DNA of 64,000 nt from Azolla caroliniana (taxonomy: Eukaryota; Plantae; Polypodiophyta): NCBI GenBank assembly GCA_043228905.1, contig JBHGNT010000013.1, positions 13,764,001 through 13,828,000 on the forward strand, given 5' to 3'. This document shows positions 1 to 11,150 of the stretch, piece after piece. The notes below the pieces were generated by a model. It made no database searches, was not told where the DNA came from, and saw nothing but the letters and a program-made list of their open reading frames with translations. Position 1 is the stretch's first letter; each line of letters opens with the position of its first letter. A program made the translations under genes and the position numbers.

Positions 1-64
1 AATAACTTTCTCAGATTAAGGCACTGCTATACTCTTCCTTACGAGCTACTCCGCTCTGATACCA

Positions 65-536
65 TGTTAAGAAAACGTGAAGAAAGCACTCGGGCTCTTC
101 TTTTGTATGCGCGGCGGATCGTAGTGTGCTGGATCGTTAGCGTGCTCTAAACAGACAGAGAAAGGAAAGGGGACTTACCTCTGTAGTAGCAAAATGGTTT
201 TCTTCTATTACATGTAGAGCTCAACTTGCTCTCGTCAGTCTTCTGGTCTCTCACTCTCTCAGAGTTCTCTACTCACTATTCTCTGTTTTTTCTTACTACT
301 ACTCTCTTACTTTTTACCTAAGTAATAAGTTACTTACGTATGCAGCTAATTAGCTGCCTGTAGCTAATTAGCTGTCAGTCGCTAATTAGCTGTCAGTAGC
401 TAATTAGTTGTCAGTCGCTAAATAGCTGTCAGTAGCTAATTAGCTGTTTCTCCTTTATGTTCACAAGTAGCTAAATAGCTACTATAGCTTATTTCCTAAT
501 AAGCATCACATACCATGTTGAGCTTGCTTCTCAACA
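65..536 (-). mobile_element. 5' LTR of a probable Ty1/copia element (body lies left of the window), inserted into the Ty3 pol ORF
   Basis: Termini TGTTAAGA...TCTCAACA. The tRNA-iMet PBS (TGGTATCAGAGC on -) abuts it at 53-64. It truncates the protease ORF at YADVF. Internal repeats of the palindrome AGCTAATTAGCT at ~343-490. Confidence 0.8.
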
Positions 537-1160
537 AAATACATCGGCATAAGGATGATATTTTGCCGGAAGTTGTATTGAGGAGTCCTTAATAGTGCTA
601 GAAGGATGTACTGATATGGCAAATAGGAACATTGCCTCCTTGGGTCCTTCTTCGCGTAGTTGATGGAGTGAAATGGTCGAAACTCGGTGAGTTGATTCTT
701 GGGGTGGTCGATATCGGACTTCTCTTGTTCTCCAATCTATGGCTGGATTATGTAATTCAAGCCAAGGTAATCCTAGGACAATGGGATGCTCTGGACTACT
801 AATTATATTAAATGATATTATACACACAAAACTACCTAGGACAACTTGAATGGGTTCTGATTCTTCTACAATATTCCCGGAAGCAATGGGACGACCATCA
901 ATGACCACTACAGATGCGGGACAAGGAAGTTTTCTTAAGGATATCTGAGAAGCTTGGGCAAAATTTCGATCCATGAAACAGGAATTAGCTCCGGAATCTA
1001 AAAGTGCTAGGACGGGTACTGGGGGAGTACTTTTAGTACTAACAATGACTTGGGCTAGGAACACATTGCTAACTTGCTTGGAAGGAATGGAACCACTAAT
1101 GGGCTGTACAGATCTAGGGCTGCTGTCCAACCAAATGGCTCCTATTTTGGCTGGACGCAA
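537..1160 (-). CDS. Ty3/gypsy aspartic protease (start of pol), truncated before RT by the LTR insertion
   Basis: ALLDSGA catalytic motif, IVLGLPWLELHNPAIDW, LPAKYHPYADVF. Lies in the -1 frame relative to gag. Confidence 0.9.
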
Positions 1161-1169
1161 TCGTTTAAC
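1115..1169 (-). promoter_or_regulatory. Programmed -1 ribosomal frameshift signal (slippery heptamer plus stem/pseudoknot)
   Basis: G_TTA_AAC at 1169-1163 in gag frame. After a 6-nt spacer comes the 11-bp stem GTCCAGCCAAA/TTTGGTTGGAC. The -1 frame reads VKRLRPAKIG into the protease ORF. Confidence 0.75.
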
Positions 1170-2314
1170 TCTTCATCTAATTGACTAAGGATTTCAAATT
1201 TATTTGTAATACTTGGGCTATTAGTATTATGAATACTATCTGACACTCTATTAGTACTATTAATACTATCAGACACTCCGAAGGGAAGAATTGACTCGGG
1301 TTTAGTACAGGCGACGATTTGATTTGCCTGTCTTCTTGGCCTATGGGGACAATTGATGGCGATATGTCTTGGTCCACCGCAATAAAGACATAATCGATTG
1401 GCACGTCGTCGTTGCTTTTCTTCTTCCGATAACGGGCCGCGTCGACGCATGGTATCGATCTCCATCGGTGTCGAAGTATTTGCTTGAGGTATGTCTCGTG
1501 CAAACGGTTTAGCCGCGACTGCGGCGTAAGTGGGCTCTGGCCTAGAGCGTGGTATCTGTAATTGACGTTCTGAACGCCGTTCAAAAAGGCGGTTGTCACA
1601 TCGAACTGCTCGACTGATTGCCTCCGTAAGAGACTTTGGTTCTTCGGGGAAAGTTAGAAGTAGATCTTTGACATCGTTTCGCAAGCCATAGCGAAACTGC
1701 TCCATTAGTGCTTGATCATCCCAGGGTATATCTGAAGCAAGTAGGCGGAAATCCGCCGCGTAGGCAGAGGCTGGACGATCGCCTTGACGCAATCGCCGGA
1801 TCTTGTTGATCGCCGTCCTGATGCTGTCGGTGTCTCCAAAGCAGGCTTTAAACTCACCAATAAAATCTTCAAAGTTATTAAGTAAGGGTGATTGTTTCTC
1901 TAGAAGCGGAGCAAACCATGCCAAGGCTGAGCCGCTAAGTAGCGTGTCTATTAGGCCGACTCGAGATGCATCAGTGGGATATCGGGAAGGATGCATCTGG
2001 ATGACTAAGCGTACCTGATTAAGGAATCCCCGGAATTGCGAACGCGTTCCATCAAATTTCACAGGAAGTCCAATCTTGGGCTCTTTATGAAATCCTTGGG
2101 GACTGGATCCTTGTTGTTGCAATGCTGCTTCGAGTTGTTGTACCCGTAACGCTAACTCCCCATGTTGTTGTTGCGTTTGTTGTTTTTCTAGAGCGATTTG
2201 TTGCAGATCCCCTATCAGCCGTTGGTTTTCTTGTTCCAGGGCAACAAACTTTTCTTTTAGGCACTGTAGCTCGGAGAAAACGGATTGGTATTCTTGGGCG
2301 CTAACAGTAGCCAT
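1142..2314 (-). CDS. Ty3/gypsy Gag, Tf1/sushi/PEG10-like (probably Tcn1 chromovirus lineage)
   Basis: Open 390-aa ORF with N-terminal coiled coil, PVKFDG, LSGSALAW, LRQG, FRYGL and PMEID motifs, and a CCHC-type knuckle (CLYCGGPRHIAINC). Confidence 0.9.
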   Translation of the reverse strand: MATVSAQEYQSVFSELQCLKEKFVALEQENQRLIGDLQQIALEKQQTQQQHGELALRVQQLEAALQQQGSSPQGFHKEPKIGLPVKFDGTRSQFRGFLNQVRLVIQMHPSRYPTDASRVGLIDTLLSGSALAWFAPLLEKQSPLLNNFEDFIGEFKACFGDTDSIRTAINKIRRLRQGDRPASAYAADFRLLASDIPWDDQALMEQFRYGLRNDVKDLLLTFPEEPKSLTEAISRAVRCDNRLFERRSERQLQIPRSRPEPTYAAVAAKPFARDIPQANTSTPMEIDTMRRRGPLSEEEKQRRRANRLCLYCGGPRHIAINCPHRPRRQANQIVACTKPESILPFGVSDSINSTNRVSDSIHNTNSPSITNKFEILSQLDEELNDCVQPK

Positions 2315-2384
2315 AGTATAGGGAAAGGGGTAGGAGGATGAGGGAGAGTGACAAGTAGGCTAGAGGAAGGAAATTGGTTCAAAC

Positions 2385-2825
2385 TGTCAGGAATAGTACT
2401 AAAACAGAGATGGAATTAGTACTAAGAACAGCAGTACTATTAGTACTAAGAGGACGGGACTACGTAAGATTCCCGAGAGAGGAAGTGAGAAGAGGAGAGA
2501 GAGAGAGAGATATCGAGAATGAGAGAGAGAGAGAGATGATGACAGCAGTTATATATTATGTGAAAAGATAAGTACAAGCGGCTAAGAGGCTTAAGACTGG
2601 CGTTGAACCAATTTGGTTCAAAACAATGCCTTGTGCCTCCTTTTATAGTGTTTTTAGGAATAATCCTGAAGCTTCTAGAATGTTCCAGAGAGATCTGGAA
2701 TATACATCAATTTTCTATGATAAAGTATAAATGAAAATAATATCCTACAAAATACAATTCATAATCTAATGGTAAGAGCTCGACCCATGTAGCATAAAGT
2801 CATGGGTTCAAGTCTTGCCATGACA
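2385..2825 (-). mobile_element. 5' LTR of the Tf1/Tcn1-like Ty3 element
   Basis: Termini TGTCA...TGACA and a TATA-like CTATAAAAG on - at ~2640-2648. It interrupts the neighbouring element's RT just before PQGATNS. Confidence 0.8.
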
Positions 2826-5246
2826 ACCCCAAGGCGCAACGAACTCGGTGGCTTATATGGTGAATGCCATGAATAAAGTCTTGAAGGATTGCATCCCGGA
2901 CATCACAATGCCATTCTTGGATGATATTCCGATAAAAGGATGTTCGGATGAGGAGAAAGATGAATCGAAAGATAAGGAAGGTTGTAGAAAGTTCGTTGTA
3001 GATCATATGAAAGATTGCGAGAAGGTGCTTCAAAGGCTCGAATATGCGAATTTGACATTTTCGGGAGAAAAATCCGCATTCGGGCAACCAAAGATCTTGG
3101 TGGTAGGTCACTTGTGTGGGGCATACAGCTGGAAGCCTTCGCCATACAAAGTGAACGCGATCCAACACATGAAAGAAGAATGCGAAAACTAGACGGAGGT
3201 TAGAAGATTCCTTGGAGCATGCGCATTTTACCATATCTGGATTCTGCACTACGCTCATGTCACCGAACCGTTATATGGACTATTAAAGAAAAGAATGAAG
3301 TTAGAATGGCAAGACGAGCACACAAATGCGATGCGAAGATTGAAGAAACTACTTCTTGAAGCTCCGGCACTAAGGAAGGCCGACTATGCCGAAGGGAAGC
3401 CGATTTACGTGACCATAGATACGAGCCCAATCGGAATCGGGTGGGTCATCAATCAATAAGGAGAAGATAATGCGCAAAATGCTATCCAGTTCGGAGCAAA
3501 GATTCTCAGCGAACGGCAACAAAGATATGCCCAAGTCAAGCGGGAACTTTGGGGTATTGTGTCGGCAGTGAAGACAAACAAAGATTACCTAATCGGGTCG
3601 GAAGTGATAATAGAGATAGATTGTCTCCCAATTCTCGGAATGGTCTCGGGATGTGCGACCCCAGATCTTGTTATGCTAAGGTGGATCACCTACATCAAGT
3701 CTTTAAACCCAGAGATCCGTCACATTGCAGGGAACAAGAACGCCATGGCTGACATGCTATCGAGGGCAAGATTTGAAAATGGAAGTGACATGGTTTCGGA
3801 AGATGAAGATGTCGCCCTCGACTTCTTCAAGATGGCTCAATTATCGGTGGAAGATCAGGACACGCAAACCCTCCACGCCTTCAACAAGAATGAGTACGAA
3901 GGAGAGTGGTTACTGATCGGTAGATTCCTAAGAACATTGACGGCAGATGCTTCGTTGACAAAGGAGGAGGCCCTACGAATCCAGAAGAAAGCTTACCGAT
4001 ACTTCTTGAAGGGAGGATTCCTTTGGCGACATCCAAAAAGAAGGACAGGAATACCACGTTGAGTGGTGGTGAAGAAAGAAGAGCAAGAGACGCTGATGAC
4101 CAAATTCCACGAGAGTGCTTGGGCAGGTCAAGAGAAACATGGGCGACGTTCGCAAAGTTGAAGGAGAAGTACTAGTGGCCAAGAATGTACAAAGATGTAC
4201 TCCATTTCGTGTCCACATGCGAAACTTGCCAAATACATTCAAATATACATCACCGTGATGAGTTACGGCCGACATACCCACTCACCATACACTTCAAATG
4301 GATGGTGGATCTGGTCTCGATGCCAATGGGAGTGGGACAAATGAAGTACTTAGTGCTGGCAATGGAAGACTTGACAAATCAAGTGGAAGGACGAGCCCTT
4401 GACAAATAAGACGACTTCAGCCGTTTGCAAATTTCTACTTGAAGAGGTTGTTTGCAGATACGGATGTGTGGGGAAGATAGTGGCCGACCGAGGGAAGTTG
4501 GATGCGCACAAAGCGATGGAGCTCTTCGAACAACTAGGCATGAAGCTCTCCCTCACGACTGCCTACAATCCGGAAGCGAATGGGAAGATCGAGCGAGGGC
4601 ATGGACCTATCGTCAAAGCCATCGTATGGGCATGCAACGGTCGAGTCGGGAATTGGCCACGACTATTACCCTATGCCTTCTGGGCCAACAGAACGACACA
4701 CAGCTCTGTGACAGGGTATATGCTGATGGAGCTTATGTACATGGACAAAAGCCGGTAATGCCCATCGAAAGGACGATCGCCTCATGGGTAGCGATACCGT
4801 GGGAGAACGAGATGAGCCGAGAAGACTTATTAACGGCGCGGATAAGGCAATTTGAAAGAAGACCTGAAGATCTAGAAAAAGCGCGAAAGATGATGGAGGC
4901 AGCCCGAGTAAAGAACAAAGTTTGGTTCGACAACACGCATCGACTTCGTCCCAAGAAGATTGAAGAAGGAGATTGGGTTTTGGTTTATGATAGCAGCCTT
5001 CACAATCAACACAGTACAACAAGAAAGTTCGCAAGAAGATGGTTTGGGCCGTATGTGGTGACAAGTGCCAACGATAATGCCACATACCACCTTGCAGAGC
5101 TAGACGGATCAAGGTTGGCCGTACCCATTGCGGGAAAAAGAGTAAAGATTTTCAAGAAAAGACAAGACGAGGATCCTAACCTCGATCACCTCGACGATGA
5201 ACATAATAGGGCGGATGTAAATGAAGACTTGGAGGAATTTGATTGA
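2826..5246 (+). pseudogene. Ty3/gypsy pol (RT-RNase H-integrase), disrupted by stops and frameshifts
   Basis: PQGATNS, FLDD, RRFLG, RNase H DTSPIGIG and NAMADMLSR, integrase WMVDL/VADRG/KIERGH, and WFGPY. Confidence 0.9.
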
Positions 5247-5318
5247 TGACCATAGCTGAAATCTCACTTTCTCTTTTCTTGGCATGTACCGGAGGACGTG
5301 CGCTTTGGTGGGGGTGGA

Positions 5319-6377
5319 TGTCGTGAAGATTTTCGGCAATGGTGTGAAAATCACATAAGAGGTACGAAATCACGTGTCAATCATATAAAACAATAATAGT
5401 GAATATACTAATTCTAAGTAAGTTTAATATCTTAGTACAAAAGACGAAGACCTTGAAGAGATGCACTTTACTACATAAGAAACGGACATCTAAGTGTCAA
5501 CTTATGTGGGTAAGAAGTTGCGAAAGGAAAAGAGAAAATTGTGAGATATCCCAGATAGATAGCACGAATAAGGCTCTCACCATATATAAGGTAGAGCAAA
5601 AGTTATTATCTTTGTGTCTATGTGTGGAGCATAGAGAGTTTAAGGTAACTTGAACTAAGAGTGGAGGTGGCCTAGCCACTCATAAAGGTTTTGGCCAACC
5701 AAAACGGAACTGGACGGTAACTGGCAATTCGGCATCCAGCGACCGGTGGCAACCGATGGAAACCGGCGGCATCCGACATTCGATGACCAAATTAATATAT
5801 ATATATATATATAGTACATATATATATACAAGGAAGGCAAGTAAGGATTCAAACCTTTCAAACCTTGCACCTCCTAGTCAAGAGTGAATAGGCTTACCAC
5901 TAAGTCATGACATTTAGTTGAATTTATATTTCTATCATTGTACTTTTACATGTAAATTCACATACATGAGAGCTAAAAATGAGCGACATGGTTATCATGC
6001 ACCACATGTAATACATGAGTGCCAAATGGAAAACATGCATTTTATGCATGTCTTGTACCCTCTCATGCATCATATGCATGAGAGCATCTATAAAAGACGG
6101 GATGAAAAAGAAGAAGAGTTAGGCTCTTTTGGTTATGAAATTAAGAAGAAGAAAATTCGTTATCGAATTGATCGTGTAACTTGTTTCTTAAATCTTAAGA
6201 TAAAAGTTCAATCAATCTCTCTCAATCTAAAGTCAAGCGTTTATTCTCAATTTCTCTCTTTCCCAATCTATCCTAAATACTTCCTGACTAAAGCTTGTAC
6301 CGACTTCGAATCCTTCCGGTCCAGAACCCCGGCGGTTCTGCCTCACAATTCACGCCTAGTGACGGATCTTCACGTCA
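5319..6377 (+). mobile_element. 3' LTR of the preceding Ty3 element
   Basis: Preceded by purine-rich GGGGGTGGA. Terminal inverted repeat TGTCGTGAAGAT / ATCTTCACGTCA (11/12). TATAAAA at ~6089. Confidence 0.7.
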
Positions 6378-6473
6378 CCGTTTCACGAGGACAAAGTTCC
6401 ATTCTACTTGGAAGCCTACAACGCGGAAATGGAGGAGCGAGACGTAGGCGAGGCGTTGAGGCTGGAGTTCGTC
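6378..6473 (+). pseudogene. Short gag-like fragment of an older host retroelement
   Basis: Reads RFHEDKVPFYLEAYNAEMEERDVGEALRLEF between two LTR ends. The gag assignment is from resemblance only. Confidence 0.4.
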
Positions 6474-9400
6474 TGTTGTTCGTTAGGTGGATCGACCGAG
6501 CGGAACGAGAGGCCGTTGGGATGGAGCTCGAAGACAAGGATGGAGCAAATGGCCTTACGAAGGACTAGTCAAAGGTCAGAAGGGTATGCCAACGGCTAGA
6601 TGACGAGTGAGCCGAGAAGTCTAGGAGGAAGGCGCGCAACGGTGCGCCATCACAGCAGGAAGAGGTCGAATGGGAAAGAGAGTCGGCAAGGCTTGGTTTT
6701 GGGGACAGGATTGCGGGAACACAGCAGGAGGGCGACAACGAGTTCGGGAGAAGTACAAAGGGACGAAGAGGAGAACGAAAACCGTGTCGAATACGAGTGT
6801 ATAATGGCCGTATTCACACTGTCCCTTTGGACAGCCCAAGTTCAGGCTATTTCTGTAAATAGTATAAAGGGCAGTTGCCCTAGGATAGTCACTATATAAA
6901 GTGACTTTGTAATCTTTAGTGAAGGTTGGTTGTCATTTGTAACTGTTGCTATTGGAATGTAACGATTCCTTTGTGCCTCTCTCTCTCTCTCTCTCTCCCT
7001 CTGTGTCTATCTTGCTCATGCATACATAGATTCCTTCATCACGAATGTTGCTTGCACTTCTGCATTGACGGCCTTCTCCCCAACAGTTGGTATCAGAGCG
7101 TTGGAGGTTCTTCAACCCGCTGCCGGCCATCATCGCACAACACAACATTCTGTCTTCGTTTTCTTTGAAGAACAGAGAAGGGAGAAGAAAAACAAAAAGC
7201 TCACATCTCACTGTGTTAAATCACAAATTGGAGTAAACCAGTCGGTTGTACTCTATTCCTGTGATTGTAACCGCTTGAGGGGAGCTCCTTGAGCAACAAC
7301 CAACCACTTCGTGCTTCACTCGGTTGATCGACATTTGGGAGGATCAGTTGGATCCGTCCCTCTCATCACTGAATTCATCCGAAGCAAAATCGGCCCAAAC
7401 AATCGGTTTCGTGTAATCGGTATTCGGCATACAATCGGAAGCTAACCGGGCTCACTCCGACTGGGCAACATTCAGGAAGACCAGCCGGTTCTGTCCCTCA
7501 AGTTACCGGAGTCACTACGAGCAAGTTCAGCAACAAGTATCCGAAACCAAACCGACTCGGGTTCAAAACCGACTAGAACGATATCGGGTGAGCCGACCGG
7601 CTGCACCCCACTAAGGTTCGTAGTCAACTCCGAACCGAGTCTTACCAACCGAAACCGAAGCAGATGGCATCAACATCCGGCTCATCGGAGATGAGTCTAA
7701 GGAGGTTCGACGGTTCGAACTTCAACTTCTGGAAGGAACAAATGGAGGACTATCTCATAGTCAAGGGTCAGATAGACCCGATTGAGAATGAAAATCCTCC
7801 AAAAGCATACAAGGCAAACGAGTGGCTAAAGCTGGACAGAATCGTCCGCGCCACGATTCGGATGCACTTGTCGGAGTCAATGTACTTCACAATGCAATCA
7901 TGCACAACAACATTTGAACTTTGGAAAACACTATCGGAAACTTATGAAAAGAAGGTTGCCGCAACGAAGATGTATCTGATCCGGCGCCTGTACAACTTGC
8001 GGATGAAAGAATCTGATTCGGTTCAGGCACACCTCATCTCAGGGGACGGCAATCGAGGATGAACTAAGAGCAATGATACTCATGAGTAGTCTCCCCTCTT
8101 CATGGGAAACCTTCGTTACAACCGTGTGCAATGCTTCAACAACTGCAGTTAAGTACTCCAAAGTCACGAGCGCAATCCTGACTAAAGCAGCTCGGGGAAA
8201 GTCTTTCGCCAAAGACTCGGCAGATGAAGCTTATGTAGTACAAGGTTCAACCGACCGATCGAACAACCGGGGAAGAAGTTCTTCCCGACCGCCGAAAAAT
8301 CAGCGAAGCTGGAGCAAGTCCCGGGACAACCGAATCTGCAACTACTGCAAGAAACTGAGACACATCAAAGCCGACTGCCGAGGACTCAAAGCAAAAACTG
8401 ACAAAGCTCAGAGAGCGGATCAGAACAGTAGCCGGCATGAGGAGGTCAACTATGTCGGCTCTTCAACCGAAATTTTGACAACAGACCCGAACATACTGTC
8501 CATAGAGAACCTAGTCGAATCAAAAGTTCTGCTTACGACTGAGGAATCGAGCACATGGCTCCTAGACTCGGGCGCATCGTATCATGTGACACCTCACCGA
8601 TCTCAGTTTCGGCAAAACTCAGACCAGCACTCCAACTCACTTCGAGTCGGAAACTCGCAGCACTGTGCTAAAATCGAAATCAACATCGTAGAGCTCAATC
8701 TTTCGGGAGGCTCTACACTCATACTACACAACGTCCGACACGTTCCTGAGCTTTCAAGACCCTTGATCTCAGTCGGACAACTTGACGAAGCTAGTATCCA
8801 TGCTGGATTCTCATCAGGAGGGTGGACACTCCACAAAGGGAACCTCCTGCTTGCTCGAGGACCAAAGTTACATTCCTTGTATCCTTTATATGTCACACTC
8901 AAAGAGGGTGTCTTATTTTTGGTTGATATCCCTGTGTCATCGTTATGGCACGGACGACTTGGACACCTCAGCAAGGCCGGCATAACGCACCTATCCAGAG
9001 CCGGTTACATCCCCAAACTCTCCTTCTTGGATCACCAATTCTACGAGCATTGCCAGTATGGCAAATAGGTAGCCACATCACACCTGACATCAGCACCAAG
9101 AGAATCGAGTCCCCTCGATTTGGTCCACTCGGACGTCTGTGGCCCGATGCCACATCAGTCTATCGGCGGTGCTTCGTACTTCATCAGTTTTATTAACGAC
9201 TTGACTCGGAAGGTGTGGGCTTACCCCATCAGAACCAAAGATCAGGTGTTCTCGACCTTTTCTGAATGGCTTGCAATGGTCGAAAATCAGACCGATCGAA
9301 AACTGAAATGTCTCCGAACGAACAATGAAGGAGAATTCAAGTCTGAAGAATTCGTCAAATTCTGTCGGGAATGCGGCATTCGACGTGAATATACGGCACC

Positions 9401-9601
9401 CTATAGTCCGGAGCATAACGGAATTGTTGAACGCATGAATCGAACGATTCAAGAACGCGTAGTATCCATGCTCCAACACTCCGGACTGTCGGATGGCTTA
9501 TGGGCGGAGGCTCTACTTACGGCAGTACACATAATAAATATGTCGCCAAGTAGACCTTTAGGACTTCAAATACCTCAGGAAATATGGACCGGCAGTAAGC
9601 T
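6474..9601 (+). mobile_element. Ty1/copia element A: 5' LTR (~6474-7086), iMet PBS, then gag-PR-INT (7664-9601); 3' truncated
   Basis: CCCAACA-gt-TGGTATCAGAGC; FDGSNFNFW, CNYCKKLRHIKADC, WLLDSGASYH, LWHGRLGH, VHSDVCGP, NGIVERMNRT. Left LTR boundary is approximate. Confidence 0.85.
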
Positions 9602-11150
9602 TGTGAACGTAAGTGTTTGCGGAAGCGTAAAACAGAGAACAACAGAGAGAGAGAGAGAGAGCAAAACACAATTTGAAAATTATATCAAAACTTTGTACAC
9701 ACACTGTGCTAAGTAGCACTATTTATACAAGTCCTCTTGGGACTGACAGAAGTACCATGTACTTCAATGCTCACACGAGCATCTGACACTTACTACGAGA
9801 CTATAGCTACCTAGTAGTCTATCCTATGCTAGGCTTCCGATTGGACTTCCGGTTACGGATTGCACCCGGCCTCCACTGCTTGCCGGTTCGGTTGCTCACC
9901 GTAATACCGATCTGTTTCGCCCGATCCGTCTCGCTTACCGGCTCCGGCTTATTCAGCTGATCCGGCTCCGGTTGAGCTTGCCGCTCAACACTCTCCCTCA
10001 AGCTCAACCTGAGGTGGGGTCGTAGTGTCGACCTTTGTGGCAGTCGGTCTTCCAACTGACTTCTCCTGGCGTCACTCCGCCTTGCTCGCGCTCCTCGTCC
10101 AGTCCGGTCCCGTTTGCCGCGACCCCTTTGGTTCTGCGCGCCTCGACCCTCTCGGTCGGCATGTCTGCTCAATAGGCCCATCTCAGCACTCACGTTGCTG
10201 TGACTCCGGCGCTTGCCGATCCGTCGGTTCTCCCACTAGGCATCGACTTCCGCTGTGTCCGTGTCCCCTTGGCCTTCAAACAATCCGACTCGTCCAGATC
10301 CATCTGTTGATCTAAGTCAGTTGTCTCCGACTCGTTCCAGCTCTTGTCTGAATCGGTACACTCTGATTCGACTTCCGGCTTCAGGCCTCTCACCACATCG
10401 GACCACTTCCGAGTCTTGGCCTTCTCCATGCTTCCCTCAGCTTCTTCAACCGGTGAACGGAAATCGAATTCTTCATTCGACTCCGCATCATGGTTAGTAC
10501 TGTCGTGATGACCTCCGCACAGCATGCACTTCTCTTGCTTCTCCCCCTCAAGTGCGGCACGTCGAGATGCTGAACACCAAGCATGTCGGTAAAGTGCTGC
10601 AACTTGTCCGATCCGAGCGGCTTGGTGAAGATGTCGGCAACTTGTCAATCCGTATGAACATAGCGTAGGTCAACTTCACCGCTCAGGACCCACTCACGCA
10701 CGAAGTGGTAGTGCACCTCGATGTGCTTTGTGCGAGCATGGAACACAGGGTTCCTGGCGAGCTGGAGGCTGCTCATGTTGTCGCAGTAAATCGGGATCGG
10801 GGTCGGTACCTCGATCCGCAAGTCTCGCAGCAGTCGCCGAAGCCAGATGGCTTCACAAGTGGCAACGGTAGCGGCCCGGTACTCAGCCTCAATGCTTCAC
10901 AAAGCCACTGTGGGCTGCTTCTTGCTGCTCCATGCAACGGCCGCGCTACCTATGGAGAACATGTATCCGGAAGTGGAGCGGTGATCAGACGCATCGCCGG
11001 CCCAGTCAGCATCTATGTAACCGACAAGCTCTTCGGGTATACCTCGCCGGTATAGCAGTCCCCGGTCCTTAGTGCCGCTGACATACCGTAATATTCGTTG
11101 CGCGCACTGAAGGTGCTCCACGGTCGGCTTCTGCATGAACTGACTTGATC
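9602..11150 (-). mobile_element. Ty1/copia element B 3' part: RT end/RNase H, 3' UTR, PPT, 3' LTR (9602-9990)
   Basis: RILRYV, DADWAGD..STSGY, WSSKKQPTVAL. PPT GAGGGAGAG abuts the TG...CA LTR. Confidence 0.85.

Noticed and set aside
1142-2314. Domesticated PEG10/RTL-like host gene
   Set aside because: It is flanked by its own LTR and lies inside another element's RT, so it is a transposon gag.
5903-5912. TCATGACA as the end of the LTR starting at 5319
   Set aside because: A longer terminal repeat match occurs at 6366-6377, and the TATA box lies downstream of 5912.
5918-6568. 216-aa ORF
   Set aside because: It spans LTR, gag-remnant and next-LTR junctions, so it is a chance open frame.
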